A program made the translations under genes and the position numbers. This document shows, in pieces, positions 1 to 11,900 of a DNA stretch of 64,000 bases; the stretch's first letter is position 1; each line of letters begins with the position of its first letter. Source of the DNA: Asterias rubens (lineage: Eukaryota); assembly GCF_902459465.1 (NCBI RefSeq), contig NC_047079.1, forward strand, positions 2,480,001 through 2,544,000, read 5' to 3'. Under the pieces are notes generated by a model. The model was not told where the DNA came from. It was given only the letters and a program-made list of their open reading frames with translations, and did not search any database.

Positions 1-2431
1 AGTGGACTATTCATTATTGACGGGGAAAAAAGGTCCACATAAGAACAGTAAGTTTGATCATGTTTATTACATAGGTATAAGTAAGATTTTAAACTTTGCA
101 TGGTGGAAGTATAACTTCTCTGTTCTTTCTTTATGGACCTCCCCTACTATTATTTAGTTCTGCTAAGTAGTTTTTTTTTACATTGTACATGCACTACCCA
201 ATGGTACGGAAAATAAACCTGAACCTGAACTGAAAGAGGTTGCGGTAACACCATGTGGTATCTCTCCAGTATGCTCTGACCGACTTCATCAGAGCATACT
301 GTTTCGAAACGTTGAGTGGTTAACCAGTGGTTCTTTTCAGAACCAAGTTACATCACTAAGTTAAAGGAACCAATTTGCCTCGACATTGCGTGCTTTCTCT
401 TTTACCTCGTCGACTATCACGGTCGGCCATTAATTATTATTTGACTCCCATAAATTGCCGACCGTGTTAGTTCGCAAAGCAAAAGGAAACCACGCAATTT
501 CGAGGCAAATTTGTGTGTATCATTTTATTCTACTTTTAAAACATCTTTCCAACCATATGCATTTTATAACAAACGGTTACAAACGGTTTTTAAAGACCAA
601 CTCGTCTGATCCAAGGCAATGTTTCCTTCAACTTTTAGGCAGAAGAGCATCACGTGACGAACGCTCCAATCTCTTTTCTACTGTTTATAATTATATAGTT
701 TATGATAAAGGAGTTAGTGCCTGGACGCTTCAGAGCTTTACGGGTCTGTCCGTATCCTAAACCGATGATGACGTCACACACTAAGGCTCGCCGATCTCGC
801 ATTCATTTCGCAGTCAAATTCTACGTACACGTATACATACAAAACATGCATGTGCACGATGTAATAAGTACATGTTGTATCCAATTATATCACTGGTTCT
901 GTAATAACCAATACATGTCTTTATCCTTGCCAATAAAGACAGGGGACCAGTTTAGTCTGGTCACTAGTGCAGCAGTGGGGCGCCCACTCGTGAAGATGTG
1001 CATGTTTATTGGTTCATTCTCGTTTTATTGCGGCAGAATGAGAGAAAAAATAACGTTTATAAACAAAAACTAAGTGAAGTGCCAATGGTTTCTTATGCTG
1101 TTCGTGTGAAAGAATAAATTCAGGACTGGTATAATACGAAGGTATCTTTTCGAAGCATCTGTTGTTAACTTACCCAACGCAGTGAGCTGCCGACAATACC
1201 CACTCCGGGTGAACAAGGGTACCACCACACACCTGACCTGCGGCATCGTTAATAATGCTAATAATATTGCTACCTGGTACGGGCGACTATTCATCGGGGA
1301 CTCCACTCCTCCAACGATCAGAGTCTGGGAACCGAGGAGACGGCTCGGTGAAAACCCTGATTGATTAAAACAAAAACAAATCGAAGTACAGTTTATTATA
1401 TTTAAAGAAAGGCTCATCATTTCCCCTGGGCCAAAACGACCACAAAAGGAAGAAGAAGAAGAAAAAAAACGACGGGCCAGATAATTGCGATGAAAAGAAA
1501 ACGAATATTAAAAAGGTTCGACCCCCCCCCAGAAAAAAAATAAAAAAAAAAATAGAAAAAAAAAATAAATATGCGACTAAAAATATGCAGAAAGAAACCC
1601 TGGAAAAGGCAAGGTGGACCAATACAATAATTCCAATATTTTTGCAGTGGGGCCTACCGTTTTAAGCAGTAACCGTAAAATTTACGGGTGTTTTACCAAA
1701 AGTCAGCAAAACCTACAGACCTACTCAATAGAGTCAATAGCCAGGAAACTTACTCTCAGGAAGAGCAATAACACAAGCTAAATGGCATTGGGCTGGAGAC
1801 ACTAGCCCGAGGAAATGACAACATATGGACAACAAGAATTATGGATTGGCAACCAAGGACAGGGAAAAGGAAAAGAGGTAGACATAGAAGAAGATGGAGA
1901 GATGACATCTGGGTTGATGGAGAAACAACATGGACCAGCAGCCGATTCCACGAGACGCTAGGATTAATCCTTTCACGAGTTAGGACGAGTAACCCGTTCT
2001 TACTTAGGATGGCTTCAATGCGTCCTAAGTATTTAGAAACGGAACTTAACTCGTCTTATAAGTTCTAAGATTAATCCTAAGTTAAGAAGACTTTGGTGAA
2101 ATCGACGGCTGAACTGCAAGAAACACAAACGAATGGCGTTCACATGAAGAGGACTACATCCAATATTGAACTCACAGTCTTAATGATGATGATGGAATCG
2201 GGAGTGAAAATTTAAATAACAAACATTTTGTTACTTCAAACCTCTAACTTTGTTAGCATTAGGAGGCCTACCTACTGTCATGACTTTCCGACTATTTAAT
2301 CCACCCCAAACTGAGAGTAAAATTATATACAACTGACAATCTTCCATTGAGTTATCTCAAACCTCCTCATCTTACTGTCTGTACTCACCTAAAGCCATGG
2401 AGAGGCTGGCGAGAAACACTGTGACTCTCAT
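1..2431 (-). pseudogene. Trypsin-like serine protease paralog A, frameshifted; exon1 2431-2389, exon2 1356-1174, exon3 begins at 6 and leaves the window
   Basis: Exon1 reads MRVTVFLASLSMALG|GTGAG. Exon2 encodes [15 protein letters not shown] and in another frame [17 protein letters not shown]. It is 183 nt versus 178 nt in paralogs B and C (net +5 at gcaatattattagcattatt), which shifts the frame before His57. Confidence 0.85.
1725..2192 (+). mobile_element. RTE-clade non-LTR 3' relic in intron 1 of protease A (orthologous relics ~9190-9655 in B and ~58620-58790 in C)
   Basis: MDWQPRTGKRKRGRHRRRWRDDI followed by a (TGA)n tail at ~2182-2192. Interrupted by a palindromic MITE at ~1935-2112. Confidence 0.7.
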
Positions 2432-3034
2432 TGTGCTAGTTTGATGAGAGGAAACTCAACGGCTGACCAGTGTAGATTGTCCAGCGATGACTTAGAAAAC
2501 AACGCAAATGTTCTCCTTTTTAAAGCCCCCATGGCAACGGATGGAAATGTTGAGATATCTGAATTAGGTGATTTGAACAGCTGGAGTGACATCTATTGGT
2601 AAAAAACTTAGATATCGTTCTTGATTATATAACTAAGAATACAATTTTTGTTTTAACGCGTATCATTATACTTGAGAAAAAACACCTTAATGTGGCTGTT
2701 CTTAAAACCAATTTGTACGCGTTATCGACTGTTTGTGTCTCTATAAACAAGTTAACAAAAACATGATTTATTGAAGTGAGGTCTTCGAACTTTATCGCGA
2801 ACTTGGCTGACTTGTGCGGTGCGGTCATATTGGTCAATATTCCAAATATTAATGGTGAGAAGAACTGCAGCTGTTTACAGTTTACCGCTAATTTGAGAAA
2901 TAATCTCCTCCGAAAAAAACAAGGTTGGGGTTATTACTCTTCCAAAAAACAATTGAACTTGAGAATTAATGCACGAATCGGTTCTTATAAATTATAGTCA
3001 GTTGGCTTTAATAAGGGGTCATTCATAATAGTCA

Positions 3035-3487
3035 ATGTTAAAAAAAATCGTCTTTCCTCACTGTGGAAATGAATCACCTCGGAGCAATACGTGGAAAGTC
3101 CTAAACAACTATGGTGGCATGGTGACTCCACCCCCTAGTGACCCAATTCCAAACAGTTACCATACTTACTTTGACATTAAGTCCATGTCATGTTTGCTTG
3201 ACAGTTTCAGTTTATGTACCAAATAGTGCCCGTCCCTGTCTTCTGCTGATCATCTTAATTGTGACCTTTGTCCAAACCAAATGCTATTTTCTGCGACTGC
3301 CCGTGATAGGCACTCCCTGATTTGTCACAAGACATCCACAAGAAAGAGACAAAGTGACGGACACATCTGCACTTTTGAAGGGTGCGACTCATCGTTTTTC
3401 AGCGCATATCAACTGGTGAAAGACAGGAAAGCAGATGGGCACATTGGCAATCGAGGAAGACCTGTAGTGTCCGCTCGCCGTCACTGA
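3035..3487 (+). pseudogene. Decayed Cys/His zinc-finger-bearing coding fragment, probably a transposase C-terminus
   Basis: ORFs 3035 and 3281 share a frame, separated by one TAG. Motifs CDLC-x13-HSLICH and CTFEGC-x12-D-x5-H. Confidence 0.4.
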
Positions 3488-4039
3488 ACAATTAACTAAA
3501 CTAGTCCTAACTCTTTGTGAAATCCACCCCAGGGGTGGATTTCACAAAGATTTCGGACTAGTCTTATCTAGAGATAGGACCAGTTACTCGTCCTAACTTA
3601 GGACTATATATGCAATTTGTATATCTCCTAGGACTAGTCCTAACTCTTTGTGAAATCCACCCCTGGGTCATAAGGGTCTTAAGGGTCATATCAAACTTAG
3701 AACTGTTGTACATGTGTTATGTGCTGGTCAATTTCATTTCTGATTATAACTACAAAGTTGTTTGTTTAAGCCAGGAACAGCTATTAAACACTACCTTCTG
3801 GAGAGCCCCCTGGATTCGATGTTTTAAGTTCTTTTGTCATTAAACAGGCATTCACTAGCTATGCCGCTGGCTGAAATCAAAGTGTTTAACAGCTGGAATA
3901 TTTCCCGATAGTTTAAAATTAGCCCAGGTAATACCGATATAGAAAAAAAAAGTTGTAAGAACAAATTTACTAATTAGAGACCTATCTCAGTCTTGTCCGC
4001 GTTTTCGAAACTATTTAAAAAGCTTATTTAGAATTTATT

Positions 4040-4860
4040 ATCTTTCATTGATGAACATAACATTATTTCTGAGTCGCAATTTGGGTTCAGAGAAATCGCT
4101 CAACTGAAATGGCGACATTGTATGTTATTAGTAAATTATATAATGCGATTGTTCATAATAATTTCTCCATAGGTATATTTTTTGACTAATCAAAAGCATT
4201 TGCTACTGTAAATCACGACATACGTGTCAGAAAATTGGAGCACTATGGAGTAAGAGCACCAGCCCTTGACTTACTCAAAAGTTACTCGTGCAACAGAAAG
4301 CAATATGTATCATTTGACTCTGAAAGTTCCAGGCGTGACATAACGTGTGGCGTACCCCAGGGATCTGTGTTGGGCCCCTTTGCTCTTCATTCTTTATATT
4401 AATGAGAAATGTAATACTTCAGACAAATTAACGTTTTGTTTATTTGCTGATGACACAAGCCAACTGTATACTCACAATAATGTTGATGAGGCTATTCGAA
4501 ACCTTAATATGGAACTTGTAAAACTCTGTAAATGGCTGTTAGCAAACAAACTATGTATTAATGTACTTAAATCCAATTATATTATTGTTTGTGCCTACCA
4601 ATTTAAGTACACACAATCTGTTCCGCTGATATTGAATAATGCAATGCTCAGTCAGGTAAAACAAAAAACTCTGGGTACAACTATTAATGAAAATCTTTCT
4701 TGGAAAAATCATATTGACGAAGTAGCTACTAAAATATCCAAGAATATTGGCATAATGAATCGCTCAAAAAATAACCTGCCTAACAGTATTTTATTATTAT
4801 AAGTTTTTCTAAGTGTAACAAATTACTTGCCTTACAAAAACAAGTGGTTCGTGTAATTTC
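4040..4860 (+). mobile_element. Degraded non-LTR retrotransposon RT fragment (CR1/L2-like)
   Basis: Frameshifted motifs SQFGFR, KAFATVNH, KLEHYG, GVPQGSVLGP, LFADDT and WLLANKL. Confidence 0.8.
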
Positions 4861-6771
4861 GCATGCTTGCTACCGTGAGCATTCAGGTCCATTGTTTGCA
4901 GAATTAAACATACTTAAATGTCATGACTTACACCACCTTAATTTGGGTAAAGTCAGGTAGAAATGTATGCAACACCTTCTTCCTCCCTGTCTTAACACTT
5001 GTTTTACATTAACTTCAAATATTCATGCATATAATACTCGTTGTAGCGCTATTGTCTTGTCCGCTTCCTTTGTCTGATGTCACGGTTCCGTGCATGGTTT
5101 TATGTTTGTGGTCCATAGTTAACTTACAGGGTTTACAGAAGGCAATGGTGAAAGACTTCTCTTGAAGTATTATTCTATGAAATGCTTTACTTTTTGAAAA
5201 CATTAAAACAATATCAATTCTCGATATCGAGAATTACGGAGTTAATTTAAACACATGTCTTGACACGGCGAAACGTGCGGAAACAAGGTGGGGTTTTCCC
5301 GTTATTTTCTCCCGACTCTGATGACCGATTGTGCCTAAATTTTCACAGGTTTGTTATTTTAAATAGAACTTGTAATACACGAAGTGTGGGCCTTGGACAA
5401 TACTGTTTACAGAAAGTGTCCAATGGCTTTAAGGCCGGTCACTACTCAACAACGTCAGTGCAACTTACATTTTACGTCATATTGTAGGTCACATAACGTT
5501 CGCTTTCTAGGTAACGCCAGTGTTTAGTCAAGCGGACAATGCACGCAATGTGCGCTGGGCAGATCGTTTGTCAATCGTCTTATTCAAGAACCAGTGATGA
5601 ATCTGGTAACTTATCAAGGCAATTTCAGTGCAGCTTTAAACGTAATATGTCATATTATCAGTCAAACGTTCGCTTAGGGAGCGTTTCATGCTAGGAACTA
5701 TTCATGCTAACGTATGACGTCTGCACGTACGTACCTGACGTGGAAAATTGTAACTTCACGTATGCTGTATTAAAACGTAAGATTTTAGCCACACAATTAT
5801 TTTTCTGACGTTCACGCTAACGTTTTAAGTCGCACAACGTGCAGCTAAACGTATGACTCAAATTCGGTTTCCAGTTGACATGAAACTGTGTCAAAATTAC
5901 GCAGAATACGAGTCAGAAACGTGGTTAGCTCTGGTCCGGTTGTTTGGAGTGTACTATGTGTACGATTTTCGGCTTTGGAAGTAGTTTGCATCTAATATCC
6001 ATAACCAGACCAGCATTCACAATTAGCAGTATATCTGTGTTCAATTTCAAGGAGCGGTATAAAGGAACTGAACACTATTGGTAACGTATTTAAAACTAGC
6101 ATAAATAAATAAACATTGGTAACGAGTAATGGAGAGCTGTTGATATATAATTGAACATTGTGAAGTAACGTAGTTTTTGAGAAAGAGGTGTTTTTTCTGG
6201 GATTAAAAAAAGCTTCAGGCCCGAAGCCTTTATTGGGAATCTAAAAGCACACAAAGTAATCGTCCAACAAGGATATTTTTTCCTTCATTACTCTCTTGCA
6301 ACCGATTGAGTCAAAATTTCCACAGATTTGTTAATTATTTGTGCATGTTGGGATAAATCAAGAATACTGGTCTTTGACAATTACCAAACAGGTCCAGTCT
6401 CGTTTAAGCATTAGTGCTAAACAGTTTTTACTGCAGAGCAGTGTCTTAAGCAAACAGAAAAAAAAAAACGATCACGGTATTTTCACCAAAACGTCGCATC
6501 CATGTTTTATATAATATTGAGGTGACAGCAGGTACCAACCACATTTCTGGATGCAACATTCACAAACAGATACCATACCTCAGATATAATTATGAGGAAA
6601 CAATTCATGTTATAGTTTTACCCATACACCGATGTATAGGCATGGTTTTAGTTTGATATTATCAAAATCATAATGATCAAAAAATTGTTCTCAAAATTGT
6701 TTTGAGAAAATATAATTAGCTGTTGCAATCAATTTTGACCAACCAAAAGGATGGTATGAGTGAACAAATTA

Positions 6772-7110
6772 AAAGCCTGACGTTCCGACCCTAGCAGAGT
6801 CTTTCTTTAGCAGAGTCTTTCTTAAAGGTAAAAAAATAACAATACAACAAAGATGAATAAGTAAAGTGTAACATAAGCAGTGAAGTGGAAATAAATTTGA
6901 ATAGATAGTCAGTAAGCACAAAGAAAAGGGAAGGGGTGAACAAGTAGTAAAGGGTTTGTTTGGCCACCTGCAAGAATTGAATGACAAAATCAAATGTTGG
7001 AAGAGGGAGAAAAGTTAATTAATTAGTGAATGGGGCAGGCTAAAAAAAAAGAGGATAACTGTGGGGAAAGGTGAGGCAAAGACAAAGGGTTATTCACAAA
7101 AAGTAATAGT
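6772..7110 (-). mobile_element. Decayed solo Penelope-type pLTR with a broken hammerhead
   Basis: Minus strand reads tttaagaaagactctgcta-aagaaagactctgctagggtcGGAAcgtcaggc. Both core boxes are mutated and there is an internal duplication. Confidence 0.45.
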
Positions 7111-8775
7111 TTGGGGTCAGTAATTTAAAGTTATTACAAATTTATGGCGCTACCTTTATGTGAAGTAGGTCGGGTTTGTGATAAGTTCGCGCTTCAATAA
7201 TTCTATACGAAAATCTACTCTTTCAGGGGGGGGGGGGGGTTTCAGAGGAAAACCAATTGACGTTTGTTGTCTTAATGATATGCGTAAACGTACTATACTA
7301 GTTTCATAATCAGGCAATCTGATAAGTTTCTCACCAATAACATACAGCCAAGCTGTTCAGGTCACCTAAGGATATCTCTGAAAGTTTGAAGACCGCGTGC
7401 ACTTTGAGAATTTTTTACGAAATCTTTCTTGTTTTAGTTTGTTAAGATGAACCAACAATGATAACTGATACATATTGAATATATATTATAGCAAAACAGT
7501 CAAAATTACGTGTGTTGTCTTGTTGATGTAAACGTACTAAACGTACGCATTGATAAGTTTCACACCATAATCAGGCATTGATATTTTACACACCTGGTAT
7601 TATTGATTCTAGCTGTTCAAATCGCTTGAGATTAGATTTTGAGGCCTCAAAATCAAGCATCTTAAAGCACACAACTTCGTAAGACAAGGGTGTTTTTTTT
7701 TTTCATTATTATCTCGCAACTTCGATGACCAATTAAGCTCAAATTTTCGCAGGTTTGTTATGCATTATGTGAGATCCACCAATTGTGAGAAGACTGGTCT
7801 TTGACACTTAGCAATAGTGTCCAGTGTATTTAAGAACAAAAACAACGTCATTGGCCTTGTTGACAACCTTTCAGTCAAGTAAGTCAAGTTCGTGATAAAG
7901 TTCGAAGACCGCACGTCAATCATTCTACGCAATTTTTCATGTATTGGGTTGTTAAGAACTGACAAACAATTGATATAATGATACGATTAAAAAGAACGGC
8001 CAAAATGCCGTGTGTTGTCTTTATGATAGTCATATTAACGTACCAATATTAGTGTCACCTTCAGGCGATAAGTTTCACACCAATTAAAGGCATTCCAGCT
8101 GTTCGAATCACATATGAAAGATGCAGCTGATTGCAGTGTGTATTTGCTGAGAGTGACAGCGGGTACCAACCAGGTTTGAATGCCCTTTGATGAAATTGAA
8201 TGCATCAAGAGCTAAGAAGAAACCCTAAAAGGAAAATGCATGAACTTGAATGAATGAAATTGAATTATTTTTTTGTTTTCTGAAATTGGCCGGGAAACCC
8301 TTTAGGCCTCGTGCCAAAAATGGTGCTTTTGTCCACCGAGTATTAACGGTGTCCTTGATATTTTACACTAAAGCCAACTGACCAAGTAACCGATTCGTGC
8401 ATTCATTCTTAACTTAAATTTTTGTTGGAATAATAATTACTCAAACCTTATTTTTTTCGGAGGGGAATTATTTCTCAAATTGGCGGTAAACTGTAAACAG
8501 CTGCAGTTCCTCTCACCAAGTAATGAATATTTTGAATATTTATCAATATGACCGTACCTTTCACTCAAGTCAGCCAAGTTCGCGATAAAGTTCGAAGACC
8601 TCACTTTAATAAATATTTTTTTTGTTAACTTGTTTAGAAAAACAAACAATCGATAACAAATACAAACTGGTTATAACAGCAGCCAAATTGACTGTGATTT
8701 CTTAAGTATTATGATAACCGGTATAATTCTTTTATTCTTAGTTTCATAATCAAGAATAATATCTAAGTTTATTCA

Positions 8776-8797
8776 CCAATAGAATTAACTCCAGCTG
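8776..8797 (+). promoter_or_regulatory. Conserved proximal CCAAT-N11-CAGCTG module of protease B (same module at 2578-2599 in A and 59159-59180 in C)
   Basis: Motifs and spacing are identical in all three paralogs, 140-170 nt upstream of the ATG, while the flanks diverge. Confidence 0.55.
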
Positions 8798-8962
8798 TTC
8801 AAATCACCTAATTCGGATATTTCAATATTTTCCTCCAAAATGTGCGATAGGGCTTTAAAAAGGAGAACATTTGCGTTGTTTTTTCAGTCATCGTTGGACA
8901 ATCATCGTTGGAAAATCTGCACTGGTCAGCCGCTGAGTTTCTCGATTAAAACTTCTAGCACT

Positions 8963-11900
8963 ATGAGAGTCGTAGTGTTTCTCGCCAGCCTCTCCCTGGC
9001 TTTAGGTAAGTACAGACAGTAAGATGAAGAGGTTTGAGGTAACTGACAATGGAATATTGTCAGTTGCATATTATTTTCACTCTCGATTTGTGGTTGATAT
9101 AGTCGGAACGTCATGATAGGTAGGCCTTCAAGTGCTAACCAAGTTAAGAGGTTTGTGTTTTAGGTATGTAAATTTTCACTCTTGATTTCATCATTATCAT
9201 TTAGACTGTGAATTTAATATTGGATGTAGCCCTCCTCATGTGAACGATATTCGTTTGTGTTTCTTGCAGTTCAGCCGTCGATTTCACTAAACTCTTCCTA
9301 ACTTAGGATTAATCTTAGAACTAAAGACAAACTAAGTTCCATTTCCAAATACTTAGGACGCATTGAAGCCATCCTAAGTAAGAACGGGTTACTCGTCCTA
9401 ACTCGAGATAGGATTAATCCTAGCGTTTCGTGGAATCGGCTGCTGGTCCATGTTGTTTATGCATAAACCCAGATGTCATCTCTCCATCTTCTAACCTCAT
9501 TTCCTTTTCTCTGTTCTTGGTTGCCAATCCATAATTCTTGCTGTCCATTATGTTGTCATTTCTTCGGGCTAGTGTCTCCAGCCCAATGCCATTTAGCTTG
9601 TTTTATTGTTCCTCCTGAGAGTATTATTTCCTGGCTATTGACTCTATTGTGTAGGCTTATAGGTATTGCTGAGTTTTGGTAAAACACCCGTAGATTTTAC
9701 GGTTACTGCTTAAAATTGGTAGGCCCTACTGCAAAAATATATTTCTGCGTCGCATGTTTTTAATTTCTTAGTTTCGCATTTTATTTTCCCGTTCATCTTT
9801 TAGTTCGAAGGTTAAGATATTTCGTGCATATTTGTATTATTGTTATTATTATTTTTATTTTATTTTATTTTTAATTTTTTTTTTTTTTGGGGGGTCGAAC
9901 TTTTTTAATAAACGTTTTCTTTTTATCGAGATTATCTTTCCCGTCGCTTGTTCTCTTCCTCTTCCTTTTGTGATCGTCCTGGTCAAAGAGGAAATGATGA
10001 GCCTTTCTTTATCTTTTAATAAACTCTACTTCGATTTGTTTTTGTTTTAATCAATCAGGGTTTTCACCGAGCCGTCTCTTGGATTCCCAGACTCTGATCG
10101 TTGGAGGAGTGGAGTCCCCGATGAATAGTCGCCCGTACCAGGTAGCAATTCTTGCCCTTAACGATGCCGCAGGTCAGGTGTGCGGTGGTACCCTTGTTCA
10201 CCCGGAATGGGTATTGTCGGCAGCTCACTGCGTTGGGTAAGTGAAATACAGCAGATGCTTTCAACAGATACCTTCGTATATCAGTCCTGAATTTCCTTTT
10301 TTTTTTCTCACGAACAGCATAAGAAACTAGTCACACTTCACTTTTTTTTTTAAACGTGATTTTTTTTTCTCTCATCCTGCCGCGATCTAACAGAGATAAA
10401 ACGAGAATGAAACAATCAAAATGCACATCTTCACGAGAGGGCGCTAGACAGGTTCCATGGCTTTATCGGCGAGGATAAAGATATGTATTGGTTTTACAGA
10501 ATCAGTGATATGATTGGATACAACTTGTACTTATTTCATCATGCACGTGATCATGTGTTATATGTATACGTATACGTAGAATTTGACTGCAAAATGAATG
10601 CGAGATCAAGGAGCCTCAAAGTGTGACGTCAGAGGTTCAGGATACGGCCAGACCCGTAAAGCTCTGAAGCGTCCAGGCACTAACTCCTTTATCATAAACT
10701 ATATAGAATTATAAACAGTAGAAAAGGGATTGGAACGTTCGGCAAATAATTTGCTATCTGTATGCCTTAAAGTTAACTCAGTGATATGTTTGGTACCATG
10801 TGAATATTTCTTTTTTAATAGTAATGTTGGTTCTGAAATGAACCAGTGGTTAACCACTCAACGTTTCGAAACAGTATGCTCTGATGAAGACGACCAGAGC
10901 ATACTGGAGAGATACCACATGGTGTTATCGCAACCTCTTTCAGTTCAGCTTCAGGTTTATTTTCCGTACCATTGGGTAGTGTGCATGTACAATGTAAAAA
11001 AAAACTACTTAGCAGAACTTGATAATAGTAGGGGAGGTCCATAAAGAAAGGACAGAGAAGTTAAACTTCCACTGTGCAAAGTTTTAAAATCTCGCTTCTA
11101 CCTAAGTTACCAAACATGATCAAACTTACTGTTATTCTTATGTGGACTTTTTTTCCCGTCATTAATAAATAGTCCACTAAATGATGTGTGGGTAGGTGTT
11201 GGCTTCCACGACCTACGCGACACGGCGGCAGATGGCGCTACTATCATCACAGGCCAATGGATAAAACATGACAAATTTGACCCAACGGGAACTGGAGACC
11301 ACGATATCGCGCTCATCAAGCTGGACCAACCTGTAGTGCTCTCAAACAGGGTGCAGCCCATTCCTATTGTGAGTGCTGACAGTGATGTTGCGTGGGGAAC
11401 CGATATATTGATCAGCGGCTGGGGAAAACTTAGTCGTAAGTGTTAACTGGACCAATTTAGTTTAGCTTAAAGACACTGGACACGTTTGGGGAAAAAACAT
11501 GTCAAAGACCAGTATTTTCACTTTGGTGTATTACAACATTAAACAAAAAATAAAAAGTCTGTAAACATTTGGAATAAATTGGTCAACCGAAGTTGCAAGA
11601 GAATAATGAAAGGAAAAAACACCTTTTTGCACAAATTAATTTGTATTTTAATAAAAGTGAGATTAACCGCTTTTCTCACTAACTACGTTACTTCAAAGGG
11701 AGCCGATTCTCACAATGGTTTATTCTATTAAAGGCAGTGGACACTACTCGGTAATTACCCAAAATAATTATTATTATAAAACCTTTCTTGGTAACGAGTA
11801 ATAGGGAGAAGTTGGTAGTATAAAACATTGTGAGAAACAGCTCCCTCTGAAGTGATGTAGTTTTTGAGAAAGAAGCAATTTTCCACGAATTTGATTTCGA

